DNA from: Octopus vulgaris
Lineage: Eukaryota
DNA length: 64,000 bases
Direction: 5' to 3'
Assembly (NCBI GenBank): GCA_951406725.2
Contig: OX597815.1
Location: 212,164,001-212,228,000, forward strand
In this document: positions 13,301-26,950 of the stretch, one piece after another
Position numbering within the stretch: the stretch's first letter is position 1
Layout of the letters: the number at the start of each line of letters is the position of its first letter
Notes under the pieces: generated by a model
The model's input: the letters and a program-made list of their open reading frames with translations, nothing else
Databases searched by the model: none
Told to the model about the DNA's origin: nothing
Translations under genes and position numbers: made by a program

Positions 13301-16300
13301 TGATGCAATACATTATTATAGACCCCCTTTGTTTTCAATTCCAATAAAATTTAAATGAAGTTTCAGCAAAACTTATAGAATAGATCTTAGCTTAATATTT
13401 TATTTGAAAATTCAAACTACTACCAGATCAAACAAACAGTTACATTGTTTTTACTCACTACTTGACAATATCTTTATGCTCAGGAAATTTATATTACCAC
13501 AAGGTAGATTTCAGAAATATCATCTTTGTCAGTTGACATCTTTATATATAAAAGAGAGGTTGTGTGCTGTCTGTCTCCTACGATTTAGATTCCTAACTCC
13601 TCCCACATTTTGCAGTGCAGTTTAAACCAAAACCGGGTATCTTATAGTCGTGATTCATATCGAGCCCTTCTGGGTATTAGCACGCGTCTACAATGAGTCT
13701 ACGATTTTAAAAAAAATTTACCATCAATTTTTCCCATTTTTAATGCATTTTTGGCATATATAAGGGAAGTAACTCTCTAAAAATTTATTATTAAATCTCA
13801 GAACGTAAAAAGCTACAGTAACCCCCCCCCTTTGTGGTTAGCCACATTGGGTTGGCTATTATACTTTACATCTCTAAAAATGCTTATATAATTATTTCCC
13901 TTACAAACCCGAGCAACGCCGGGCGATACTGCTAGTTGATACTAAAAACGAAAATTGTTTTCCTGGTTGTTTTACATTTGATGGCGATTTGCTTTTGTAG
14001 TTGTTGTTGTTCCACTTTACAATGGGGAGTGTTATCATAGGGGAAATAACCCGTGTATAAATTTGATCCACTGAATTGCGTCCCTTTATCAACAGCCACA
14101 TGACTGATGGCTCCACACAAGTCCCGTCATATCCGCACATGGTTCACAGTATTTTACCTACACAAGAACTTATATCACTATATTAGATCTTTACTATAAA
14201 CCACTTTCAAGCTGGCACAAAAGACCCGATTATTTACGTTTAACACGAATTAAATATTGCAAGGTAGAAATAGCCGCGGTTAATTAACGCGCATGCGAGC
14301 CGTTATACTTTAAAACTTGCAAAAGCTTTTGTGACCACTAAAACAACTTGCATCTTTACTTTATCTGCAATTTACTTGAGTGATAAGTTCCAACTGTATT
14401 TTATAGTTGAGTAATCTCTCTAATGGGGTCCAGTTAATTTACAAAAAATAACTTCAGTAAAAGATCTTTTTTTTTTTCAATTCTACCATGCTAACCATGC
14501 ATTTACAGAGAAATTAGTATGGGTAAAATAAACTCCTAAAGAAAGTTTATCAAGAAAGCAACCATGCTGGGATAATGGTTTCAATATTTTTTAATCAATT
14601 AAATCTACTACTGGACATCATCTGATTATTTTATGAATCTATTCCAAAGTTTCTTCTTCTATTGAGTTAGTTTTTCTCTTTAGAGAGTTATCTACCTGTA
14701 ATGTTTGATTTTTTTTTTTTATTGTCACATGCGCGCGCACGTTCTCGCCTAAAATGGGATTTCTTCCACAAAACTTCACTCACCAAGCATTCGCCAACCT
14801 GAGGCCACGGTAGGTGTTTGCTCGTAGTACCATGCCGGGGAATGAAACTCGGAACATCACCATTGTGAAGTGGATTCTCAACCATACGCAAATATGCCTG
14901 CGACGTTTAAATTTTTTTAATCTTTTTATGAAGCTGGGTTTGACAGAAAGTCCATGAAGTGACGCGCATGTCAAAATAGTTAATAGTAGTAAACCCACAC
15001 ATAATACAAATTACCACTACTACTATCTGGGATAGCAGGAAGCAGACAGAGACTTTGAGGGCATTAATAAATTAGATGCAGCATCATATCATCTCTAGCA
15101 GATTAGTTAAGATTCAAGACTTCAAAGCTCTAAACATAGATAAAATAGCTGGGAGATAGTCATGGAGGAAGTCCATGACCGGCTCAGATGGCTCATTTTT
15201 AGGGATTTCCATTCTCTATTATTTAAGAATTTCAATTGTAGTCATGCTATCCATAAAAGTATAGTAGCAAGGTTAAAAGAAAGTATGGGAGATTTTATGG
15301 GAGACTGGTAAAAACAAAAAAAAAAAAGTTTCCCTTTCATAGAAAAGATGCTAACGGTACAAAGAGTGTAGATGAAATTTTGCTATTGTGAAATATGGAC
15401 ACTGAGTATAGAATAACTGATCTGAAAAGTACCTAGTATGATAAATAGTATCCATAACAACTAGACATTAAGGGTGATTTAAGAAAAACTGATCAGCTGA
15501 AATGGACATATAGTGTGAATGAATAATGAGATCTGGGTACAAAGAACCGTACTAGGTGGAGTCAATGAAAGAGGAAGCACAATAAAAATGTAAGATTAAG
15601 TGAAGTGATCAAACCCCTGAGATGACATACAACTGAGTGGTTGGTAACCTGCCATACTGCAGATCTTTCCAACCCATCCTAGCATGAAAAGGGAAATATT
15701 AAGATGATGATGATGAAGATGATATATGTATATATGGACATAGTGAAGGTAAAACTTCAAGAAGAGCAGCCATTCTGCATAAAAAGTGTGCAAAGGTAAG
15801 ACATGGACTTTGCAAGCCACAGTAACACACCTAAGAGAGCAGCACCTTTAATTAAAAAGAAAGAAAGAAAGAAATTGACATAGTATAACCAGGACACTTT
15901 AGTTAATAATACCCAGCGTTCCTTGTGCTGGTGTCACAATAAAATGTACACAGGAAGGGTAACCCAGTCAAATGAAAAAGGGGCCAAAATTACAAATACA
16001 GTGAAAAACCCTAATTGTATAAACAGTTCTAACACTTATGTTAATGCTGCTCCCTTTCTTCATCATCAAAAGCACTCACACTGCTATTGTTGTTCCTTTC
16101 AGATACAGAAATATCCCCTTTCTTATCAGGCACAAAATTGCAGGAGAGCCACAATTAGTGTTGGCAAGATGAAAGGTAGGTCTGCAGAGAGTGTAGAGAT
16201 GTTAGAGCAGAGTTACAGTAGATTGTTATTAACGAGGGGGGGGCACAGTTATAGATTCTTGTAGTGGGGAATAACAGTCCTGGGGCATGTAGAGTGAGGA

Positions 16301-17292
16301 TATTTTTGAGAAGATTAATCAAGCCTAGTCACAGGCAACACATCATTAGGGATCTCTGCATATGCTGTGTGCTTCTATTCAAGACTGACAGGTATGCAAA
16401 AGAATTGCTTTTATAAGGTAGACTATTTTGGTAATTAATAAATAACACAACCTCATTATCAGGGTTGCTGACTTTAAATGGACACTGGGCAACAACATTA
16501 TGAATATTTGAGCATACATAGGCAGCGTGGATAAGGTATGACAAATGAGGAGAGTTCAAGGCTCTTGGAGTTCTGTGATACCAATGACCTAACCATTTGC
16601 AACATTAACGTCAGCAAAGCAACCAGTCACTAGGTGGCATACTGATGGTGAATATGCAAACCACAGAAACTTCACACTCACTGGGAAACTGAGTAGGGAG
16701 CTGGTTGTGAATATTAAATCTTTCCATGATGAAGGACATACAACTCAACATAGGACTAACGATCAGTAACCTCTGGGCGAAAGCTAGATGGACTCAGAGA
16801 TACAAGACAATCTACAGAATGATGTAGAAGCTGAAAGATTCCTCAGCCAGACATGGGTTCAAAGAAATACTAATTTATGCGGAATATGAGAATACAATGA
16901 AGACAGAATTATGGGGAAGTTTCTACAGGACAATCTGCTGCAAAGCACAGAGTAGATGCCTAGATGGAGTCAGTTTCTATCTAAGCAGAAGAATAGAATA
17001 GAGAGAAAGAAACGGCTGAAGGACTGAAATGATTGGGAAAAAGGGACGAGCAACGAACAATACTATGGAGCCAGAACAAAAGCTAGACATCAGCTATACA
17101 CACACACACACACACACATGGTGCCCCCATAAACTATCTTTATATCTTCCACAATTTATTGCATCTACTTAATGCAACCAACTGAGCCCAAGTGGAAGGG
17201 TCGAATTTCAGAAAGATAATGATCAAGGGTTCATCTGATTCATGCAAGGCATGAAGAATAAAATTACATATAATTATGATGACGATAACGAC

Positions 17293-17347
<55 letters not shown>

Positions 17348-20300
17348 GTGGCATACTATGTAGTACACTTCTGATTTGTCTTTTACCCACTTTTTCTCTC
17401 CGCTCATTTATACCTGGTCTTCTCACACACACTAACATAACACATTCAGTGTGGCATACTGCCTCATTTCTTTCCAGTTTCCACATATTCACTGTATATC
17501 TAATGCCCTTATTTCACTAATATGCAACATCACACAATCTGACCCTCACTCAGAAAAGAACCCTTTGTTGTCAACACACAGGCATACTGACTGAATGTTC
17601 TAATATATTTGTTTTTGATACTCAGAACAGTGAATACACTGTCAAATTAATTTTTAATCCAAACACCTAACATTTACAACTAACTTCATACCAGAAAACC
17701 TCTCCAGTCAGATGATTACCATATGCGGCCACATCAAACTACATTTGAGCTATATAATATTAGGAAAAAAAATTCTTGTTAATCCTAGTTTACATCTTGC
17801 ACTTGGAAATTGAGCCAGGTGTAATGGGGAATGTATAAAGCATTGCAAACTGCACTACAAGGTAATTGTCATTGCATTAGGAAGATTCATTGCTGTTATT
17901 GAATAGAATTTGAAATCAAGTTCTTCACAAAAAGAGCCAATTTTTTTTTCTACATATACTATCAATATTTAAGTAAAGGAAAAAAAGAAACAAAAATGAA
18001 TTGACATACATAAATTAAATAAAATATATTTTAATATTATGTCAGAAATGTTGCAAGGACCATGCACAAGAGTCAAAGATGATTATTTTATGCTTAAAAA
18101 AAAAATCATGATTATGTCCAGAGCCAAGTAAATTAAGTTAACAGTAGATCTTGAAGTACATAAATCTATAAATAATAATAGCATGTAAATTATTAGGTTG
18201 AAAATCCCTTTTGGAAAGAAAAAGGTTGAAGGCTGCCTTTGAGACCCATATCTCCTGTTGACATGCCAGGCACTTTACCATTGGACCAAAACAATTCTTT
18301 GAATTTCACTCTTCATTTTAGAAACTTTATTCCTACCAGTGAGAATTGTTAACAGCATAAAAATTTATAATCATTCAAGAGAACCTGAAATAATTCTTTT
18401 TTGGAATAGTGGTTCTCAAAGTACATATAAAAAAAAAAAAGTAATGACTCCTTCGGTCACAAATGACCATAGTATTACATGTAGAAAGTTACCCTCCAAG
18501 GCACAAGTGTGGGCAAAGTTGTTTATGGAAACCCAGGAATCATCCAAGCATACAAACTTCCTCTCTCCACACCACTGATGTTATCCAAGGGAAAGGCAAA
18601 GGCCAATACAGCTTGGTACCAGTGACATCGCAACTCATTTCTACAGCTGAGTGAACTGGAGCAACATAAAATAAAGTGTCTTGCTCAAGAACCCAACACA
18701 CAGCCTGGTCCGGCAATCAAATCCCCAACATCATGATTGTAAGCCTGATGCTTTAACCACTGAGCCATGCACCTCCACATCTCAAAGTACATAACACTAT
18801 ATATATAATATTTATAATAGCATATAAATATTTACATGCTGTTATTATTTTTGGTTTTAAATGCTCTGAGATCCCTTGTTTCATAAAAGAATTTATTTCA
18901 GGTTCTCTTGAAAGATTATAAAATCTTATGAAGTCAACAAATTAACCTTCATTATCTCTAAGTTGAGATAGTTTAATAAATAAGCAAAACATTTTCGATA
19001 TTGTTAATATTTCAAAATTCAATCAATACCTAAAGGTAGATATGTTAATCTTATATATTATCTAAGTTTGTTTGTATTTTTTTGTACTTAGACACATCTT
19101 GTCTACTTAATTTAGAAAGATGGAATTTGGTATTTGGTGTGAAATAGATATTTTCTTTCAAATCTGAAGTTGCTTAGTTAGCCCATTTTTTGATCTTCAA
19201 AATAAATATTGCATGTAAAAAAATGTATTCCTGTTAAATAAAATTAAAATTATCATAGTTTAACCAATACATGTTTAAAGGAAGCTCAGTAAAGAGAGCA
19301 TGGTGAAGATGTTCAATAAGTTATTTATGATTGATTCCCCCGCCCCCCTATATACATACAAGATTTGATTCTCGAGTCAAGAAAATGTGATATTGGGAAA
19401 TGCATGCCTCTCTCAGAAGCATGAAACATGTAAATGAAATGAGATGATTACAATTGATACAATTAGACTGCAGAGCAATCTTGTTCAAAGCTTACCTGTA
19501 TTCTACTATATTTTACTACATAAATGTTCAATTCATTATAAAAATTCATTAACATAATCTAAAATATCATTAAGATATCATAAGAGTGTTATTGATACTA
19601 TAACCTCCTTTCACACACCAAAAGCTAAAAACTACATATTCTCTTTATAACATTTTCCCCATATATCTATTTAACGGATTATAAATTATGCTGTTCAATT
19701 GAAATATGAACAGATTTAATTAGTCAAGTCTTTTATGTTTGAAATAAATAAAGTTGTTAGGCATAACGAGCTATAACAATTAACTGTTATGCTAACACTA
19801 AAGAGACTTCATGATGTTTGCTTTCAAACCATGTTTCCACATCTTGAATATGTTGCTGTTATGGTAGTTCAACTCTTTGTCCCTCTAATCATCTTCTTGA
19901 GAGACCAAGTTGAAAAGTGTCTGAAGACAAATGGAGAAAATTACCACCACGACAGAATGTTGTCTCAGCAACAGACCCAAGATGAAGAGGAAAGGCCCCA
20001 AAACATGAAGATCAACATAATCTAAGAAAAACAGAGATATACCAGCAAGGAGAGTACATAAAATACTGGGAAAACATACATTAACATAATTCTTTCATTA
20101 GATAACATAACTAAAACGTGAAAAGCAAATAGTAGCAGACAGGAAGAACTCAGAGATAATACAAGAAAGGAAAAATTTTAAACTTAAAACTATTCTGTAA
20201 AAATATAACCATGCTAAAATTATAGAAAGGTTTTAAAATACCAAGCTAGGGAATAAATTGATCAAGAGTATTTACATACAACATGGATTTAGAGCAAGAG

Positions 20301-23300
20301 AGAGAGAGAGCAGGATTTTCAATCTAATGATACGTATTCAGGATAGGCTACAAGCTCAGGGTAGGTTACATTCAAATGACACTTGATACTGTACTTCAAT
20401 GGCTAAGTTTCACTCAGATACAAAGAGTATACAAGAAGTGTCAACATTTGCCAAAGCTGGCTATCTAGTAAAAGATGAATTTTAGTGAAGTTATTAAGCT
20501 TTTTGTTGTTGTTGTTTTTCCTGATTGACAATGTACTTTTATATGGGCACAACCTTTAATTATTGGTGTATGTATTCCACACTATTAATTCTAAACACAA
20601 ATTCGAGATTGGAGATGATATACAGAACCCAGTTTTGCAAAATGAAAATAACATACCATATTTTCCAGCATACGAGTCAAAATTTTCAGACCTAATTTAC
20701 AATCAAAATAGGTGGATTGATTTACATAGCAAACTGAATTTAGAGGACCAAAAATTTCACGTGAAATGCAGCTGGATTTAAAAAGGTAGTGGCAATATCT
20801 AAATGGTTTACAACTTGCATACTGGAAAATAACATACTTATATGTATTTCTTCCCTTTATACATAGAACATTCTTAAAGAACTTTCACTAGTTTGGAAGA
20901 GTGTGTCTACCTCTAAATGTACCTGAGCACTGTATACAATAAGTCCATTATTATCAATCTACGTAATAGCCACAATGTAATTATCTGAAGAGTTATTTCC
21001 CTTCATTTAAAAAAACAAACATTTTGTGGGTGCACCTATAGAAAGGCACTGATAACTTTTTAGTCTTTGTATCCTTTTAAACTACCAATAACAAAGGAAG
21101 AACATTGGTAATTTCCACTGATTACCATTAAAAGAGGAACTTACTGAGACTGAATAAAGATAATATTGAAACAATTGTAAATTAAAAATAAAAGTTCCTA
21201 TTCTTTTGATAATAAAAAAATGTTCAACTCTTGTCTCAAATAGAAGAACTGATTGTTAGCACATATTCAAAACTTTTATTCATTTCATCCCAATTAGCCC
21301 TGCCATCTTATAGCAGAAAAAAAATAATATATAAAAAACGAAACATTTACACTGACCACAAAATAATAATCAATTCATTTTTTAAATATATTGGAAATGT
21401 GTAAACTGTCTTGAAGGCAGTTTATTGTGTGTAGCTCCAAGATATATAATGAAGCTATTAAGGATTACTCAATATATGTTAATTAGATAAACTCTTCACA
21501 ATGAAACTTCGCACAATAACAAGTGGGAAAAAATTTTCAGAGAATATCTATTGAGCTTCTAGAGAAAAAAAAATCTACATGAAACAAAGAATGAGACCAA
21601 AAAGGCCAATATTGTAGAAATTCCACTCTCCAACAATTGAGAAGAATTAGGGAAAAAATGAAACTGTTATATCTGGTACCTTTGAATGTTATTCCGAAAG
21701 AAAATTATTGTTGATTTTTATTTATTTTTTTTTTAGAGCTGTGGCAAAATTGTCAATAAGCATATATTTCAGAGAAAAAAACAAAAGAAAATCTATACAT
21801 AAAATAGCATTTCAGTTGATAGATAACCTGAAAGATACAAATTTAGTAAGAAAGATACACACACAATGTACCTGAAACTGATTTTGTATTTCATAATTTT
21901 AAGCTGTATATACACAAATAAAATAAAAATCATTGAATTTAAAATGCGTTTTTTAAGAAATGAAAGCTCCCATGAGTTTGTTTATTAAATAATTTATACG
22001 TAATTCTCATGATAATTTAATATGTTCTAATATACAAGAAATATACTTAGACAGGTTTATGATGTAGAAAAAAAATGATTTTTTTTTTTCTACATCATTA
22101 ACTTAAGAAATCGTAATAAAAAAAAAAAGTAATAAAATATTTTATGAAAAGCAAAATTACAAGCTATCAAATACAAATTTCAGTTCACTCTATTCTAGTG
22201 GTACTAAATGAATTAAAACTTTGAAGTATTTAGAATGACAACTAAAACAATTTCCAAGACAATTCAGAAAAGTTAATGTATATAGGCATAGGAGTGGCTG
22301 TGTGGTAAGTAGCTTGCTTACAAACCTCATGGTTCCGGGTTCAGTCCCACTGCGTGGCACTTTGGGCAAGTGTCTTCTAATATCGCTTCGGGCCAACCAA
22401 AGCCTTGTGAGTGGATTTGGTAGATGGAAACTGAAAGAAGCCCGTCGCATATATATATATATATGTGTGTGTGTTTGTCCCCCAACGTCATTTGACAACC
22501 GATGCTGGTGCGTTTATGTCCGCATAACGTAGCAGTTCGGCATAAGAGACCGATAGAATAAGTACTAGGCTTACAAAGAATAAGTCCGGGGGTCGATTTG
22601 CTCGACTAAAGGCGGTGCTCCAGCATGGCCACAGTCAAATGACTGAAACAAGTAAAAGAGTAAAAGAGTGTCCCAGTAATGCTATGCCACAGCCTCTGGC
22701 TGAAACCAATAATGGAATATAATTATAAGTGTAAAACTAAAAAAAATTACACGAGTTTTAATTTACAGGTTCAATCTCATCATGCTGATGAAAACTTTAG
22801 AATGCAGAATTCTCAAAATATTACATTTGTCTAAGACTTAAGAGAATTCTCTTTGAGACTAAATTACAAACTTCGTAACAACACTTTCATGTAGCAGAAC
22901 ATGGTTAAGATGGCTTAACAAAAAAGCAACTTTACTTTGGTCAAGATGTCAGTCTTTAATTTACCAACTAAAATCAAATCATATTTTAGACAATTTCATA
23001 ACTTTTCCATATATTTCTAAACATTGATCGAATTAGAATTAGGTGATAGAAAAAAATAAATAGATAAATACAACTTACTTTCTTTCAAGGCATACTGAAC
23101 ATATTCATTCTCTAGTCCATCGTCTTTCAAAGGATGTTTTTCCTACAGAATCAAACATAGGGAATTAATTTAATAAGGAAAACATACTATAAACAAAAAT
23201 CTGTAAGGAAATTTATTAAAAAAACAAAAATATATATAATTCTTCTGAAGGATCCAATGCTAAACATTTTTGGTGAGAACACCATTATTGATGTATTATG

Positions 23301-26300
23301 ATACATAATCTATGCACTAACTCTGAATAAGTAGAAATAATCCAAGTTCTAACGAAATAAATCAGAAAATAAACAGAAAGCAACTGCTAATCCTTGGGAG
23401 GTGTGGAAATTTGCTGTACTTGATAAGACGCATTGAGCTAAGTGAAATCGCTGTCTTCCACACACATACAGGCTTGTGCTTTCAGGTGCCAGTTCCACTT
23501 AAAAAGCATCCATGCTGGAGCTGTGTTAACACACTCATGCCAGTGGCACATGAAAAGCACCCAGTACACTCTGTAGAGTGGTTGGCATTGGGAAGAGTAT
23601 CTAGCCATAGAAACCATGCCACAACAAACAGTTGGAGTCTGAGCAGTTCCCTGCTAGCTAGCTCCATATCAAACTGTCCAACCCACACCAGTACAGAAAG
23701 CCAATGTATGATGAGGGTGATGATGACTACTCTTTTTGCGTTTCAAAGTGAGCAGGGTAACTTAGGCCAAGGTGTGTCTAAAGCCCTAGGCCTTGTAACA
23801 CCTGAGCCTAATCTGCTTTCCATGGTGTATATATGACTGAGATTACAACCCTCCCCACTGAATGCGACAACAATCCATCACAGGGTTAACTCCCCAGCCA
23901 TGGCTGGAATCTATTTGCAGCTCAGAGGAATGAAGAAATGTGGGAATTATGTGTTTTTCTCAAGAACACAAGACACTGACCAGTCCAGGAATAGAAATCT
24001 CAGTCATATCACTGTGAGTACAACACCCTAACCACAAGCTTCCAGAAGCAGTGAGGTGCCATGCAAAAAGTACATAGTCAAAATGAGATGATTTGCCTAG
24101 GAAAGTATCTTATGGATAGTTGGTTGTTAGTTAGTTAGTTAATTTTTTGGCTCAAAAAGCAAAAAGCAAGGCCATGTAGGGGGACATGGAGTTATGTACA
24201 GGGTGGTGTTCATGTAAAAAGTTCAGGCCACTTGAGGTCAAGGGAGACTTTGAACCGAGCCGTCGTCGGCATCTTCACCATCTCGCCTGGCAGCTTATTC
24301 CACGGATCCGCAACCCAGACGGAGAAAGCCCCTCTCCTTCGATTGAGATGAAATCGTCGCAGGTAGAGCTTTTCGGAATGACCCCGCAGCCTACGCTCTG
24401 GAGCAGGAGTGAAGAACAGCTCTTTCGAGAGGTTACACTTTCCGCTTATGAAGAGGCACAAGGAAATTATCTCAACTTCATCTAAGGAAACAAAATGAAG
24501 CAAATAATATTTTTAGAGTCTTAACTCTTAAGCATTCAGCTTATTCTGTCAAACGCAGTGCTTAAGTATTCAAGTCATTCTGAATTAATCAGGCATTATT
24601 TCATAGCTTTGAGATCTTGACCATGTGGTGGTTTGTTTTCAAAATGACACTGTAGGGCAGGTGTAAAAGGCCAGATCTGACCAATTTGAAGATAAAACAG
24701 GTAGAATATTTAGGCCAGATATGGCCAGTTTAAATGTTAAAGGGTAACCTTAATGGTCAAATAAAGCAGATGTATGCAACATTGAATAGAAATAAAATAT
24801 ACGCACCATAGCTTCAGCTAAATTAGTCGAAGCGGATGACAACGTAGAGGTGTTTGGTGAGGAACTAACAATGGTGGGAGCTCCGTCATCATGGGACAAT
24901 AACTCTGCATACTGAACTAGAAGACACTTCTTGTCATCACAACATTTGATTATTTGTTGATCTAAGGATTTCATTGTTTCTAAAATGGAAGAAATTGAAA
25001 AATTAGAAATTATTGATAAAATGGTTGGAGTGTTAATAGTTAACGATAATACTGAAATTGTACACACACACACTCACACACTTTAACATATGCTAGAGAT
25101 TTACGGAGGTAATCAATATACAAAATGACAACTATTGTATATTTGAAATCAGACACACAGACATACGTACAAACATTATTTTAATTAGGTTAGATTGTTT
25201 GAAATCCAAAAATTAGCTGTTAACTTGTGAGTATATAACAGTATCATGCAAGTAATTAGCAAGTTGAACATGATAAGAACAATAAAAGATATACTAACAA
25301 AAACTGAAGACTTCATACCAATATATCCACTTAACATCTAAAGAACTCATAAAATAAAAGGTTCTGTTGAAAAACTTTATGAAATTATAGATTTTTCTCA
25401 AAGTTCTTTTCCTTGATATTGTATGATCAAAACAGATTCAATGAGAATCACTGGCACATAGGAAACAAAACAAACGAAACTTGTGAACAAATTCTTTTAA
25501 AAAATAGTGTTTTGAATGAAACAAAGAAAACTAAAAGGGAAATAAATTTTACTAGAATAAACTAGGTGATGTATCAAATTCAATTTTATTCAAGATGTAA
25601 CAAATGAAATGTATTAAAATACAATAATCAGTCCGATTATAATGGAAATATCAAAACATTTTAATAAAGGTAATTTTTAGATGTATATGGAAGAAATCTG
25701 GGAAACTGTGTAATGTTCTAATCAGAAAGGGAGTGATGTCAGAACTGAAGTGAAAAGTGTTTGCAGTATGTGTGAGAAGTGCTATGATTTATAGAAGAGA
25801 AACAGAGCAGCAGTGATGACTGGTAAAACTGAATGGAAATGGTTTGAATTGACTTGCAGAGTATCACTGAAAGAGAGTAAGAAATGTTAAAGAATGAAAT
25901 GTAGAGAATGCTGGGTCTAGTGCCACTGTTGGAAGTGGTGAAAAGAAATGGGATGAAATAGGTAAGTTATTTGCTAAAAAAAGGATAAAAGTCACTGGGT
26001 GGGAGGTGTTAAAATTGAAAGTGAATGGAAATGGAGGAAGACTTAGAAAGATACAGACGAAGATGATAGGGGAAGAAATAGGGGCAAGAAGGTTGATGAG
26101 GGGCCTACGGAGGAATGGAGAATGGTGTAATGAGCCCTGCTAGGGAAAATGGTCATTAAAACACATGCATTGAGATGAGTTCTGTAATTCACCGAAGACT
26201 GAAGTAAGGTATATTTGACAGCAAGTCAATTTGACAGAGGTCACTACTCTCAATACTGTACCTACAAGAGCATTTGAACTCAGCACTGCAAATTAAAGAA

Positions 26301-26907
26301 CCACTCAACAATTTCAGTTCAGCAGTTCTTATTTACAGCAAAAAGGCTAAGGCCATTTTCTAGTAAAACGTTTTGGCCAGGTGTGTGACAAACTATAAAC
26401 TATTAAATTCACAGCTAATTAGCTGTTGTACCATTCACTCAATCGTCAGAGCTCCTTAACAGCCAAATTACTTTAGGTTAAATCTTAAGGTTATAATCTC
26501 TAACCATATGAAAGACCATAGATAAATAATTTGCAGTTTTAACTCATTAATAAATAATTTATTAAACTAAACTTATCCTTCTCCTTCCCCCACACACATA
26601 CAAAAAAAAACTTCAAAACTAATGTTTGTAATAGTTTAAGGAAACAATAGTTTAAATTTAAAAGAAATTTTTATTGTGATGAAATACATTTTATATATTC
26701 TCCACATAAACTATACAAAGAACTTGGTATATGCATCGAAAATAAACATGTCAACTTGCATTTTTATTTATATTCAAGAAATTTGTATTTCATTATTTAA
26801 AAATAATGAATTAAGATTTGTTGACATCGAAAGCAAAATTTGTCCAAAAATCAAAACAAATACAAAATATGAAAGTAGTGAGGTCAGAGAGAACAAGAAA
26901 AAGAAAC

Positions 26908-26950
<43 letters not shown>

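Noticed and set aside
17242-17520. Poly-Asp and poly-Ser ORFs
   Set aside because: Translation of a (GAT)n microsatellite with no supporting splice sites.
22285-22360. tRNA-like sequences with A and B boxes (many copies)
   Set aside because: They continue into SINE bodies and tails, so they are SINE heads and not tRNA genes.
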